A stretch of 64,000 nt of DNA from an uncultured Acidobacteriota bacterium (GCA_963827655.1 CAWHCF010000008.1:178346-242345), one strand, 5' to 3'. Shown: positions 1 through 16,046, counted from the first letter of the stretch. Notes: generated by a model not told the origin, from the letters alone. Made by a program: numbers and translations.

Positions 1-311
1 CAGCGGTGTTTCGCCCAGCTCGGCGGGGTTTCCTTCCTGGACGAAGGTCGGATGTCGTCCTTGCCGCAGCGCACTCGCGCCGGTCTGATAGGTCACGATC
101 AGGCGGTCGCCCCACACCACCGGCGACGAGACCCCGAGGCCGCCCAGTTCCGCTCGCCAGGCGATGTTCTTTTCGCTGCTCCATTCCGTAAGAAGGCCCT
201 TCTCCGGCGACACGCCGGTTCCCGACGGTCCTCGCCACTGCGGCCAGTTCTCGGCCCGAAGGAGCGGAATGAACAGGCAAGAAAAACCAGTACGGTACGG
301 ATGATCCTCAC
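1..311 (-). CDS. PQQ-like beta-propeller repeat secreted protein, N-terminal part (runs off window; frameshifted)
   Basis: Signal-peptide-like start (MRIIRTVLVFLA), then in another frame AENWPQWRGPSGTGVSPEKGLLTEWSSEKNIAWRAELGGLGVSSPVVW, the typical N-terminus of PQQ-binding-like propellers. Confidence 0.75.
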
Positions 312-389
312 TGGCTATCCCCCTTACTATGTGATCGAGTTCCGTCATCTGCCGAGCCACCTCGGGCTCCGGCGGTACCCAAATTGAAA

Positions 390-683
390 TCAGGGTTCGT
401 AATCGACCACTATCACGCTTTCAAGAATGGGACGGACGTGCTGCGCCACTACACGCTGATGTTCAGGGTGGGCAATATAGGTCTCCAAGTCCTTTGGTGA
501 TCGGACTCTTACCAGAAGACCGTGCGTGAATCCCTGGTTCCGGACGCTCGTATTCGCCCCGCAGGTGAGTTCCTGTATTTCAGGTATGAGCCCCTTCAGT
601 TTTTTTAGCTCCTGAATCATGGTAGCCGCATCCGCGGGCGTTGCTTCAGCTTTGACCTTGAATAAAACCATGTGCTCGATCAC
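390..683 (-). CDS. Dabb-family stress-responsive A/B barrel protein
   Basis: 97 aa; IEHMVLFK, FTHGL, YIAHPEH, VVDY motifs. Confidence 0.9.
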   Translation of the reverse strand: MIEHMVLFKVKAEATPADAATMIQELKKLKGLIPEIQELTCGANTSVRNQGFTHGLLVRVRSPKDLETYIAHPEHQRVVAQHVRPILESVIVVDYEP

Positions 684-861
684 AAATCACGCTCCATTTT
701 GGAGCGAACATGATAGCGCTGTTATGTGTGTGAAAGCATCTGTTTTTGCCTGCATGGGGTTTCTTTGCTGCAAACCGGTGACCGATTTGCTAACCTCCGC
801 TCATTCTGCATCGAAGGACGTTAGCATGAGCGGAGTTCTGCGCTCATCGGAGAGGAAGGTT

Positions 862-3800
862 ATGAAGAATGGGTTGAAGTGCGCAAGTCTGTCTTGTCTG
901 CTTTCGGCATTTTTGTCGCTGGCCGGACCCCCGCCCGGTTGGGCGCAGTCCACTTATGGTGAAATCCGTGGGACTGTACAGGACGCGAGTGGTGGCATCC
1001 TGATCGGGGCCACGGTCACGGCGACGAACAAGGGGACCGGCGAGGTGCGTACGGCCCTTACCGACGAGGCAGGCAACTACTCGCTGGTCAATCTGCCAGC
1101 CGGAACGTACGAGGTCGCCATCGAGAACGGTGGATTTCGAAAGTTCGTAACTCAAAACGTGGTGGTGCGCGCGCGAGAAGTGATTCGGGTAGACGCGCGG
1201 CTTGAGGTCGGCGGGGCAGCGACCGAGGTCCTGGTGACGGAAGCGCGTCAGGTTATCACGACCGACGCGCCGACGCTCGTTGATAGCAAGTCGGCGGAAC
1301 AGCTCCTGGCTCTGCCGGTAAACTTCAGGGCCGGCACAACCAACACGGTCTTCGCGACGATCGCGCTCGCGCCGGGAGTGCAGCCAAGCCCGGGGGGATC
1401 GGAGATGTCGCTGGGCGGCAGCCTGCCATTCATGGCCACTTCCTCGATCGACGGCATCTCGAGCAACAACATGCGAAGCAACGGGATCATCACGGAGATG
1501 TTCCCGTCAGCCGACGCGATTGATGAGATCAAGGTTTCGACGACCAGCAACAATGCCGAGTTCGCGCAGGCGGGCGACGTCACCACGACCTCCAAGAGCG
1601 GGACCAACAACCTGCACGGTGCGGTCTACTGGTACCACCAGAACGGCGCCCTGGACGCCAAGGACTACTTCTCGACGCGCACCTCGGCGCCGTTCAAGAT
1701 CTCAAACGACTTCGGCTTTGCCGTCGGCGGCCCGATCATCAGGAACAAAACCTTCTTCTTCGGCGATTTCGAAGGGCTGCGCTACCGTGCCCAGAGCCAG
1801 CTCGATATCACCGTGCCGCCCGACTCCTGGCGCACCGGCGACCTTTCGAGCCTGGGCGGCACGATCCGTGACCCGCTCACCGGCCAGCCCTTCGCCGGCA
1901 ACATCATTCCGTCGAACCGGATCAGCTCGGTGTCGACCAACATTCTCGAGCAGCTTTACCCACGCCAGAACGTGCCCGGGAACTCGATCGCCTCCCCGAA
2001 CCACCGGCTTCAGAAGCCAGGAGGGAATGAGAACAACGGCTTCGACATCCGGGGAGACCACGTCTTCAACACCAAGCAGACCATCTTCGCGCGCTATACC
2101 TTCAAAAACGTCACCACCACGAGCCCGATCGGACTCGTGACCCTCGGAGACGCGCGCGAGGCAACGAAGATCCGGGCGCTGACGGTCGCATACAACTACA
2201 TCCTGCGCCAGAACCTGATCAACGAGTTCCGTTCCGGGTTCTCGAGCCGCCCGCGCCTGGTCGACTTCGGCCCGGACGGGCAGCCGTTCGACGGCCCCGC
2301 GCTTGTCAAGGAGCTCGGCATTCAGGGGTTACGCCCCGACCTGCCGCAAGTCGCGAGCGTCCCGGATTTCGGCATCACGGGCATCTCAGGCACCGGACGC
2401 AGCCGGGGCTTCGGCCAGCTCAGCCGGAATATCCAGTTCGCCGACAACCTGACCTGGATCAAGGGGCGCCACACCTTCAAGTTCGGTGCCGATATCCGGC
2501 GCGTCCGGTATACGGATAATGTCTCGTTCTTCTCGGGGGACGACTTGGGGGAGTATAGATTCGACGGCCGCTTCTCGGGCCAGCCCTTCGCTGACTTCCT
2601 GCTCGGCTACCCGAACCGGACGCGGCTGGCCAACACCGGGCCGGACGTCAATCCCTCTACCTACCATCATGGATACTTCGTGCAGGACGACTGGAAGCTC
2701 GGCTCAAGCTTTACGCTGAGCTACGGCGTGCGCTACGAGTACCATCCAGCCTTCTGGGACGAGAGTCTTCAGATTGCCAACTTCGATCGCGACTTTCCGG
2801 GCGGGCGCGTCATCGTTCCCAACCAGGAATCCCTGGCCCTGACCGCCCCGGGCTTCCTCGCTTCGATCGGTAGTAGCCCGATCGTTACCGCCGAAGAGGC
2901 GGGTTGGCCCAAGACGCTGCGCTGGTCAGACAAAAACAACTTCTCTCCCAGGTTCGGCTTCGCCTGGCGCCCCTTTGCCGATAACAGAACCGTGGTGAGG
3001 GGCGGTTATGGCACCTACACGGTGACGATTGTTGGAGCCGTTTCTTACTCGCTGGTCGGGATCCACACCTCCGACACGCGCACGTTTGACAACACCCTCG
3101 TCGATGGCCGGCCCCAACTGGCCTTCCCGAATCCGTTCCTGTCGGGGCTGGGAACGATCGGATCGATCGGGACTCAGGATTTCCGCCGCGGCAACGACCC
3201 GCGCGGCCCCGACCCGTACGCGCAACAGTGGAATCTGACCGTGGAACGCGACCTGGGCTGGAACACCGGGCTGCGTGTCACCTACACCGGGTCGCACACG
3301 ATCCGGCTGTTCTCGAGCCCCGACCTGAACCAGATCGGGCCGAACACTGTGGGCTACGCGACGGCGCGGGCGCTGAAGCCCTTTCCGAACTGGAACATCG
3401 TCTACAGCCGCGACCCGATCGGCTCGGCCAAGTATCACTCGCTGCAGATCGAGGGGCAGAAGCGTTTCTCGCAGGGTCTCTACTTTCAGTCCTCGTGGGT
3501 TTGGTCCAAGAACCTGACCGACACGGGCGGCTCGTCTAGCAGCGCATTTGCTGGAGAGGCCGGAAACGTTCCCACGAACAGGTTCGATCTTGCCATGGAC
3601 TACGCGGAGGTGTCACCCGCCCGGCGTCATCGATGGCTCACGACTTTTGTTTACGAGCTGCCGTTCGGATTCGCGAGCGCCGACACGACAGCCCGGCGCG
3701 TCGCGAACGGGGTCGTGAAGGGTTGGCAGTTCTCGGGAATCCTGCTGCTGCAGACCGGTCAGTTCCTGAGCCCCGTCACTTCCGGCGCGACTGATCCGAG

Positions 3801-4204
3801 CGGGACGAACGTCAGCTCTCGCGCGAGCGACCGGCCCGACTGGGCCCCCGGATACACGGGCGACGGCAACCTGTCGAGCGGCCGGAGCATTGCTGCCTGG
3901 TTCGACCGCGCATGCATTCGTGGTCCCTCCTGCGCTCGCGGGCCGCTTCGGCTACGTCGGGCCGGGCCTTCTCGTGGGCCCGGGAACACAGGTTTTCTCG
4001 GCCAAGCTGCAGAAGAGGTTTCAGCTATACGAGCAGACGTATTTCCAGATCGAGGGCTCGGCGGCGAACCTCTTCAATCACCCAAACTTCGGCAATCCGG
4101 CGACCAACATCTCGGCGACGAATTTCGGACGCATCACCTCGACCCAGACGGTCGAAGGGGCCGGAGCGCGTCAGCTCCAGGTCGGCTTGAGGATTGTCTT
4201 CTAG
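862..4204 (+). CDS. TonB-dependent receptor (Oar-like, carboxypeptidase-regulatory N-domain); frameshift near 3910
   Basis: ATG 862 after AGAGGAAGG; signal peptide; GTVQDASG, TTTSKSGTNNLHG, FVQDDWK, DKNNFSPRFGFAW; C-terminus ARQLQVGLRIVF lies in the 3890..4204 frame. Confidence 0.9.
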
Positions 4205-4277
4205 CGGCTTGTTGGCAGGAATCGGCCACCAGTAACCGGCTCACGTGACTGTCACCGATCTTTGCCGCTCGTCCTTT

Positions 4278-5756
4278 TCAGGCGAGGTCCCGCTTGGCTT
4301 CGGCGGCCTGGATCAGAGTCTCGCTGGCCAGTTTGGGGCCACGGTATCGATGGCGTTCCGAGGCCCAGAACCATAGGCCGAGGCCCGCGGTCATGCCGGC
4401 GATAGTTTTTCCCGATAACTCATTGGGCGGCATCACGAGAATGGCGCAAATGAAGATGGTCCACGCGATCGCGACCGCGTTGATCCAGTGAGAGTGCACT
4501 CCCAGATGCCAACCCGAAAAGGCCTGCCAGAGTGCGCTCCCGCGCTTCAGGAACTTCAGCATCACCGGAATTCCGTAAGAGAAGTAGAGCGCAATCGTGC
4601 TGATCGACGTGACGACCGAGTAGGCGCCGCTCCAGACCAGGGCCAGGAATGCGGTAGCAATCGAAAGCCAGATCGCTGGCGCCGGTGTGAGGTGTTTGGG
4701 ACTGACGCGCTGCCAGAGCGCCGAAATGGGCAATCCCGCGTCGCGCGCGAACGCGTAGATCATCCGTGAGTTCGACGTTACAGCCGAGAGGCCGCAGAAC
4801 CACATTGCCGCCGCGGTTAGCGCTGACATCAAGCTTCCCGCCAGGTTTCCCAGGCTCTGCTGCAGGATTGCGACCACGGCCGGAATGTGATTTCCCTGCG
4901 CATCGGTGGAATTCAGAACCGCTGGAACACTGGGAATTGAGAGCGTGAGCGCGAATAGCAGGAAGTAGCCTGCGACTGCGGAGACGACCACGGACATCAC
5001 CATCCCCCATGGCACACTGCGTCGCGGGTCTACGGTTTCTTCCGAGACGTGCGCTGAAGCCTCGTATCCGGTGAAGGTCCATTGCGCCTGAAGCAGTCCA
5101 AGGATGAATGCCCACCAGTATGGCTTACCGCTTTCGGTAGAGGTCTGGACGAAAAACGACAGGGGCTGCTTGGGCGCGAACAGCAGGAGCGCGGCAACGA
5201 TAGCCAGTACTCCTGCAATGTGAACTCCAACGCTGAGATCGTTAAGCCAGGCCACAAGTCGAATGCCGAAGTGATTGATCAGCCCGTGCGAGATCAGGAT
5301 AACCGCATAGACCGCAAGGATGCTTCGCGTACTGGACGGGAGACCTAACAGTGGAGTCAGGAATTGAGCACATCCGTAATCAATTCCTGCAATGGCCGAG
5401 GTGAGACCGATAATGTTGAACCAGGCGGTAAACCAACCCCATGAGCGCCCTCCAAGAATGGCAGCCCAATGATAATTCCCGCCCGAGGTCGGATATGCAG
5501 CGGCCAGTTCACCCATGCTGAGCGCCACCATCAGAGTGAACATGAAAACGAGAGGCCACCCGAATGCCATTTCCGCCGGTCCGCCCATCGCCAAACCGTA
5601 GTCAAAGAGCGTGACCGCGCCGGTCAGGATCGAAATGATAGAAAAGGAAATGGCGAAGTTCGAGAAGCCGCCCATCGTGCGGAAAAGCTCTTGAGCGTAT
5701 CCGAGACTCCTGAGATCAGCGACGTCTTGCTCCGATTGTGAGGGTCGATCTATCAT
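4278..5756 (-). CDS. Amino acid/polyamine permease (APC superfamily)
   Basis: LGYAQEL, FSNFAISFSIISIL, PTSGG, GYEASAHVSEET motifs; many TM segments; ATG at 5756. Confidence 0.92.
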   Translation of the reverse strand: MIDRPSQSEQDVADLRSLGYAQELFRTMGGFSNFAISFSIISILTGAVTLFDYGLAMGGPAEMAFGWPLVFMFTLMVALSMGELAAAYPTSGGNYHWAAILGGRSWGWFTAWFNIIGLTSAIAGIDYGCAQFLTPLLGLPSSTRSILAVYAVILISHGLINHFGIRLVAWLNDLSVGVHIAGVLAIVAALLLFAPKQPLSFFVQTSTESGKPYWWAFILGLLQAQWTFTGYEASAHVSEETVDPRRSVPWGMVMSVVVSAVAGYFLLFALTLSIPSVPAVLNSTDAQGNHIPAVVAILQQSLGNLAGSLMSALTAAAMWFCGLSAVTSNSRMIYAFARDAGLPISALWQRVSPKHLTPAPAIWLSIATAFLALVWSGAYSVVTSISTIALYFSYGIPVMLKFLKRGSALWQAFSGWHLGVHSHWINAVAIAWTIFICAILVMPPNELSGKTIAGMTAGLGLWFWASERHRYRGPKLASETLIQAAEAKRDLA

Positions 5757-5836
5757 GCGCCTGATTATCTGATTCTCGTGGGTTGATCCTGCTGTGCAGC
5801 TATTCATCACAAAGGACGAGCGAGAGGGACTGCGCG

Positions 5837-7201
5837 TTAGATGATCTCGAAGTATCGTTCGAGCTCCCAGTCGGTAACTGCGGCCAGAGATTGTCTTGCC
5901 TCCCACTCGCGGGTGGCTACATAATGGGCGACAAATTCCTCGCCCAGGATTTCCCGCAAACGCACACTGTCTTTTAACTTCGTTGTTGCCTCGATCAGGG
6001 AGCGAGGGAGTGGGCGGGCCACAGCATCGGGCTCTGTGTAAGCATTCTGTTTGCAGGGTCCTGAAGGGACGAGTTTCTTTTGGATGCCGTAAAGGCCGGA
6101 TGCCAGACTGGCGGCCATCGCGATGTAGGGGTTAAGGTCGGCGCCGGCCAACCGATATTCGACCCGGGTTGATTTTGGTGATGGGCCTGCGATGGCGCGC
6201 AAGGCAGTGGTCCGGTTCTCTAATCCCCAGCTCACATTTGTGGGCGCCCAGGTATTAGGGACAAGTCGCTTGTAAGAATTCACGGTAGGACAAATCAACG
6301 CCGTGATTTCTGGCATCAGCTCGAGCTGGCCGGCCATATAGTTCTTCATCAAGGAAGACATCCCGTCAGGGTTTCGGGCATCGGAAAAGAGATTCTTTCT
6401 CAACTTCGGATCCCAGAGGCTCTGGTGAAGGTGTCCACCGCAGCCCGGAAGATGCTGGTTCCACTTAGCCATGAACGTGGCAATCAGTCCCTGCCGGGAA
6501 ACGAACTGCTTCACGGCATTCTTGAAAAGCGCGGATTTATCGGCCGCCGCGAGCGCGGTGTCGTAGCGAATCGCGGCCTCGTATACGCCCGGCCCTGTTT
6601 CAGTGTGAAATCCTTCGAGCGGGATTCCAAAGTCACGAAGGCTGTCCATGAGTGAATTGGCGAGTTCGGCGTGAGTACCGGTGCGGCTGACACTGTAGCC
6701 GAACATGCCGGGAGAGAGAGGAATCATGTTCTTGTATTCCTTAGCCCTCACCGAGTGAGAGTCTTCCTTGAAGATAAAGAACTCGTATTCGGTAGACATC
6801 ATCGGTTCGAACCCCATCGCTCGCGCCCGGCCGACGATCTTCTTCAGGAGTTGGCGGGGTGATACTTCGAGAGGCTGGTTTTGGATTGAGGCGAAGTCGA
6901 GGAGGAAAAAAGCGACCCCGGGTTCCCAGGGAATTAGTCGGAAAGTATCGAGATCGATGCGAGCGAGGGCGTCCGGGTAACCGGTGTGCCAGCCGGTGAG
7001 CTGGACGTTGTCGTAAAGTACATCATTCGAATCCCATCCGAAAACAACGTCACAAAACCCCAGGCCTGATTCCACAGCCGGCCAGAATTTTTCCAGAGCA
7101 ATGTACTTTCCGCGCAGTACGCCGTCGACGTCGAACCCTCCGATCTTGACCTTGTTGATTCGGTGTTTCGCAAAAGCCTTGCGAAGGTCCCCTTGATTCA
7201 T
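5837..7201 (-). CDS. Glutamine synthetase-family protein (probable gamma-glutamyl-amine ligase)
   Basis: GVLRGK, EYEFF, HTETGPGVYE, GCGGHLHQSL, NSYKRL, ENRT, RVEYR, WELERYFEII; adjacent to amine-type permease. Confidence 0.85.
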   Translation of the reverse strand: MNQGDLRKAFAKHRINKVKIGGFDVDGVLRGKYIALEKFWPAVESGLGFCDVVFGWDSNDVLYDNVQLTGWHTGYPDALARIDLDTFRLIPWEPGVAFFLLDFASIQNQPLEVSPRQLLKKIVGRARAMGFEPMMSTEYEFFIFKEDSHSVRAKEYKNMIPLSPGMFGYSVSRTGTHAELANSLMDSLRDFGIPLEGFHTETGPGVYEAAIRYDTALAAADKSALFKNAVKQFVSRQGLIATFMAKWNQHLPGCGGHLHQSLWDPKLRKNLFSDARNPDGMSSLMKNYMAGQLELMPEITALICPTVNSYKRLVPNTWAPTNVSWGLENRTTALRAIAGPSPKSTRVEYRLAGADLNPYIAMAASLASGLYGIQKKLVPSGPCKQNAYTEPDAVARPLPRSLIEATTKLKDSVRLREILGEEFVAHYVATREWEARQSLAAVTDWELERYFEII

Positions 7202-7408
7202 TGTTTTCCCTCGTAGCTCTACTTATTGACGCTAAAGTTTTGACTTGCCAATTGCTCGCTTGGGGCAGCGCAGTCTGGCTTGGAAAACCGTTGTGAAAGG
7301 GCAGCTTACAGTGGACTTGTGGCGACGGTCAAGAGGCCTGGAGCGAAGGTTTCCATGCATGTTTCTTGACGTTTTCGCGTCTCGGTGGTTAATTTTTTGC
7401 GAAAAGAC

Positions 7409-7437
7409 TTGCCAAGAGACCTACCGAGAGCTATTAT
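7409..7437 (+). promoter_or_regulatory. rRNA operon P1 sigma70-type promoter
   Basis: TTGCCA-17 bp-TATTAT with AT-rich upstream tract. Confidence 0.6.
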
Positions 7438-7480
7438 TCGCTCCCTTGTCGGCGTACCGATAAAAGCCTGATTCGGTGTA

Positions 7481-7534
7481 TTGACAAAGCAGTCACCGAG
7501 TACTTAGGATTATCGGTTGCCTGATCTTTGAAAA
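7481..7534 (+). promoter_or_regulatory. rRNA operon P2 promoter and boxA-like antitermination site
   Basis: TTGACA-18 bp-TAGGAT; TGATCTTTGAAAA at 7522, echoed by CGATCTTTGACAA at 9649 in the spacer. Confidence 0.6.
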
Positions 7535-7625
7535 CTAGATAGAGCGTGCCAAGAATCATTCCTTAAGAAAATCCGAAAACCAGTGAAAAAACCCTAAATC
7601 TAAGGATTTAGGGCCTCTTCGATCT

Positions 7626-9172
<1,547 letters not shown>

Positions 9173-9383
9173 TTGGGTTCCGCGGTACCCGAAAGGGGAA
9201 AGTGGAATCCGAGGTGATTCTGGCGCGCCTATCTAGTTTCCAGGGATTCAGGCATCCGCAGCCCAATCACTGCGGTTTGTTCCTGGTTGAGGGAAACCCA
9301 CCAGGATAGATCTGGGGAGCTTGGGCCCCGCGAAGGATGAGAAGCGGTGAAGGCCGAGGAGGCGCGGAAAGGCGACTTCGGAT

Positions 9384-9460
9384 GGGCCTATAGCTCAGTT
9401 GGCTAGAGCGCACCCCTGATAAGGGTGAGGTCGGTAGTTCAACTCTACCTAGGCCCACCA
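9384..9460 (+). tRNA. tRNA-Ile(GAT)
   Basis: Cloverleaf GGGCCTA...TAGGCCC-A-CCA, anticodon loop CTGATAA. Confidence 0.98.
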
Positions 9461-9505
9461 TAAACCCAAGCTGGAAGAGCCGGGCGGGAAGGCAGAATCA
9501 GCGAC

Positions 9506-9581
9506 GGGGGTATAGCTCAGCTGGAAGAGCACCTGCTTTGCAAGCAGGGGGTCAGCGGTTCGAATCCGCTTACCTCCACCA
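9506..9581 (+). tRNA. tRNA-Ala(TGC)
   Basis: GGGGGTA...TACCTCC-A-CCA with G3:U70, anticodon loop TTTGCAA. Confidence 0.98.
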
Positions 9582-9747
9582 TTGTTGGATGTACTCGAAA
9601 TCAAGGGCTCACGACGCTGAGTTCTTGATTTCCGGTATGATCCGGAAACGATCTTTGACAATCAGGCAAAAGAGACGGGTAAAAAGAGGCCGTAAGATTG
9701 AATTTTCCGGTAATCCCTACAGGGATTGCAGGTAGAGTAAATTTTAT

Positions 9748-12776
<3,029 letters not shown>

Positions 12777-12886
12777 TAAAATTTACCCTGCTTGGAATCC
12801 CGAGCGAGATCAGAGCCTCTGGGCAACCTGCTCTCTTGCCTGATTCGTAAGGCTGCTGGTTCTCAACCGGATTCTTAGAACGACTT

Positions 12887-13003
<117 letters not shown>

Positions 13004-13013
13004 TTGCTTCAAC

Positions 13014-13048
13014 AAAAAGCCTCAGGGGCAACGCCCCTGAGGCTTTTT
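13014..13048. terminator. Bidirectional intrinsic terminator after rRNA operon
   Basis: AAAAAGCCTCAGGGGC-AAC-GCCCCTGAGGCTTTTT perfect hairpin with T tracts on both strands. Confidence 0.93.
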
Positions 13049-13225
13049 AGTTTCTACGCGATTCTTTTATCCCCCTCGCCGGTCGCGACCTATCGGAATA
13101 CGGCTTTCAAACGCATGTCTTCTCAGACCATCGCGTAACTCGGCAATCCGCCTCAAGTTCGAGTATCGAGGGCGAGATTGAACGGTCCCGAATTGCCGGC
13201 AGACGGAAGCGAGTTGATGATTCGG

Positions 13226-14518
13226 CTATCCCGTGGGGCTGACTTGTCTCGTGGGGTCGATAACCAGCCAGAGCATCGCTCCGACTGCATAAATCCCCGC
13301 GGAGATATAGAACGGGATTTCCCAGGAGTTTCCGCCCTGCTCTATCACGACGCCCACGACCAGAGGACCCAAAACTCCCCCCAGGTTCCCGAAGGTGTTC
13401 ATTAAACCCGTAATCACGCCGGCGTAGTTCTTACCCACGTCGACGCAGACTGCCCAACAGGCGCTGAGGGCAAGATCTGCCGAGGCGAGGGCGATGGCAA
13501 GCCAGATGGCCTTTGCGAGCCTGTGGTGCGCCTGGGTCGAAGCAACAAGCATTGCGGCTGAACCCGAGAAAGCCACGCAGCCCAGCCAGCACCGCGCCAC
13601 CTTTAACCTGTAGGAGCGAGCGAGCCGATCGGTCAGCCACCCACCCGCCATATCTGCGAATCCGGCCAGAAGAAACGGAAGACCCGCCAGAACACCTCCG
13701 GCCCAGCCACCAAATCCCAGAGCCTTCGTCAGGTAAGTAGGGAGCCAGGTGAAATAAAAATAGAGCCCATAGCCAAAGGTAAAGTACATCCCGCAGATGG
13801 CGTAGATGTTGCTGTTGACAAGGATCTGTTTCCACGGCACACCCGCTCGAGTTTGAGGCGTCGCCGGTGCGGAGCTCTCGTTCTGGCGAATCCAGGCCAG
13901 TTCCTCGGGGCCAACCCCGGGATGGGCCGAGGGCTCATCCCGGTACCACTGGAACCACGCAAGCGCCCAAAGGATCCCGATCGACCCGAAGACAACGAAG
14001 CTCGTTCTCCATCCCCACCACTGGATGAAGAGCAGAGCAATTCCGGGGGCCAGAGCACCTCCCAAGCGAGATCCGAGAAAGAGCACACCATTGGCCCGCC
14101 CTCTTTCGACCGCAGGAAACCAACGGGAAAAGCTGCGGGAAATATTGGGAAAGGCTCCGGCCTCACCCGCTCCGAAGAGGAATCGCGTTATCAGCAATGA
14201 AGAGTAGTTCCAGGCGACGCCCGTTAGCATCGTAAAGGCCGACCACCACGCCACAATCCTGGTCAAGACGCGACGAGGCCCCCACACATCGCCCATCCAG
14301 CCGGTTGGTACTTCAAATATCGAATAAGCGAGCGTAAATGCGCTGAACACGAAGCTCATCTGAAGCATCGAAAGACCGAGGTCGGTCATCATGAATGGAG
14401 CCGCCGCCGAAATACAAATACGATCCAGATATGTGATCAGAGCGAGGGTGAACGCGAAGGAGAGCAGAGTGTTGCGAGCCTTTGATTTGGTTGGTCGACG
14501 AACCGTTTGGGATTCCAA
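13226..14518 (-). CDS. MFS transporter (anion:cation symporter, glucarate/galactarate-like)
   Basis: TYLDRICIS, GWMGDVWGPRR, GAGEAGAFP, WFPAVERGRANG, WLPTYL. Confidence 0.9.
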   Translation of the reverse strand: MESQTVRRPTKSKARNTLLSFAFTLALITYLDRICISAAAPFMMTDLGLSMLQMSFVFSAFTLAYSIFEVPTGWMGDVWGPRRVLTRIVAWWSAFTMLTGVAWNYSSLLITRFLFGAGEAGAFPNISRSFSRWFPAVERGRANGVLFLGSRLGGALAPGIALLFIQWWGWRTSFVVFGSIGILWALAWFQWYRDEPSAHPGVGPEELAWIRQNESSAPATPQTRAGVPWKQILVNSNIYAICGMYFTFGYGLYFYFTWLPTYLTKALGFGGWAGGVLAGLPFLLAGFADMAGGWLTDRLARSYRLKVARCWLGCVAFSGSAAMLVASTQAHHRLAKAIWLAIALASADLALSACWAVCVDVGKNYAGVITGLMNTFGNLGGVLGPLVVGVVIEQGGNSWEIPFYISAGIYAVGAMLWLVIDPTRQVSPTG

Positions 14519-14541
14519 GGTTTCTCCGGGACCGGCCTGCC

Positions 14542-15495
14542 TCAGCTGCAGCGCAAGAGGATTTTAAGAGCGCCAGGTCGTGCTGCGTGTGCCGCAGCCT
14601 CGACGCCGTCAGCCAAAGAATAGACTTGGTCGATAAGTGGAGCCACCCGGATGGCCTTGGATGAGAGCGCCCGCAGGGCGGGGGAAAATAAACCACATCG
14701 CGAGCCAACTACGTAGATCTCATTTACAACCAGAGTAGCGAGCGAAATCGTGTGTGGCTCGGCGACCGTGCTCTTAAGGACCAGCGTGCCGCGCGGCCGC
14801 ACTAGGCTCAGTGCCATGGCTAAGCCTGCCGTAGAACCGGTCGCCTCGATCACGACGTCTGCCCTTGATTGTTGCCATTGGTCAAGCAAACTACCAGGGA
14901 TCCCTAGTTGCCGCGCGATCGTCAGTTTCTTGAGATGTCTTCCCACGAGGGTTACTTGAGCGCCCGAAGCGTGCAGAACCTGGGCGCAAAGAAGACCCAG
15001 CTTTCCGTCGCCAAGAACTAACACCTTGTCACTGGGCTTGATTTGAACCTGCTCAAGGATTTCGAAGGCGGCTGCCAAGGGTTCGGTAAAAACGGCCGAT
15101 TCATCGTCCAGTCCGTCGGGTACCAGGTGCAAGTTGCTTGAAGGGACGGCGACGTATTCGGCAAACGTGCCGTCCGCTCCCAGGATCCCCATTACACGCC
15201 GGTCAGCGCAGTGGCGCGCCAGACCTTGAAAACAATAAGAACAATGTCCGCAAGCGAAATTGATCTCGCCTACCACGCGTTTTCCCAACAACCCACCTGG
15301 TCCTTCGCAAACTTCTCCCACAAATTCATGGCCCGGAACACCTCGGAAACCCATGTAACCCTTCAGTATTTGAAGGTCCGTCGAACAGATTCCCGCCAGG
15401 CGAACCCGCACCAGTGCCATCGACTCGATAAGCTTGGGTCGCGCATAGTCCGCTTCAAGTTTCAGAACCTGGCCATTCCAGTGTAGCGCCCGCAT
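14542..15495 (-). CDS. Zinc-dependent MDR alcohol dehydrogenase
   Basis: GICSTD, PGHEFVG, CxxCxxC..C zinc site, GDGKLG. Confidence 0.92.
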   Translation of the reverse strand: MRALHWNGQVLKLEADYARPKLIESMALVRVRLAGICSTDLQILKGYMGFRGVPGHEFVGEVCEGPGGLLGKRVVGEINFACGHCSYCFQGLARHCADRRVMGILGADGTFAEYVAVPSSNLHLVPDGLDDESAVFTEPLAAAFEILEQVQIKPSDKVLVLGDGKLGLLCAQVLHASGAQVTLVGRHLKKLTIARQLGIPGSLLDQWQQSRADVVIEATGSTAGLAMALSLVRPRGTLVLKSTVAEPHTISLATLVVNEIYVVGSRCGLFSPALRALSSKAIRVAPLIDQVYSLADGVEAAAHAARPGALKILLRCS

Positions 15496-15502
15496 AAAAC
15501 GA

Positions 15503-16039
15503 CTAATCTAGTGACGCAGCACGCCTGTTCCAAGCCTGACGGTTGCGGTCGAGGTATAGACGAAGGACATGGATTCCGTCTGGAGTAAATGGTTCAGTCT
15601 CCGATCGCTCGAGGATGTGCTCGATCTCGAGAAAATCGCCGCTTTCAATTTCTTCCCGCTGCAGAATGATTTCCCCATCATGCGTGCATGAATAGGCGCG
15701 TCCCCAAACCGGCGCCCTTCCATCCGAAAAATAGAAATCGAACAACGTGTTGAGCCTTACCCCAGTTATACCGAGCTCTTCTTCGAGTTCACGCCGGGCG
15801 CCCTCGTCATAGCTCTCTCCTGCCAGAACCACTCCCCCGACCGCCGGATCGCAGCACCCGGGATAGATGTCTTTGCTGGCCGAGCGCTTGTGCAGGAAGA
15901 GTTGATTGGCAGAGTTGAAAACCAGGATATAAGTGCTGCGGTGAATCAGTTTTTTTGCCCGCACCTCGCGGCGAGTAGCGGCCCCAACCACCTGGTTGTG
16001 CTCGTCAACGATGACTGCGCTCTCGTCGGCCGCGTTCAT
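15503..16039 (-). CDS. NUDIX hydrolase (YfcD/Idi-like)
   Basis: GGVVLAGESYDEGARRELEEELGI Nudix box; FTPDG. Confidence 0.9.
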   Translation of the reverse strand: MNAADESAVIVDEHNQVVGAATRREVRAKKLIHRSTYILVFNSANQLFLHKRSASKDIYPGCCDPAVGGVVLAGESYDEGARRELEEELGITGVRLNTLFDFYFSDGRAPVWGRAYSCTHDGEIILQREEIESGDFLEIEHILERSETEPFTPDGIHVLRLYLDRNRQAWNRRAASLD

Positions 16040-16046
16040 CCCCTGT

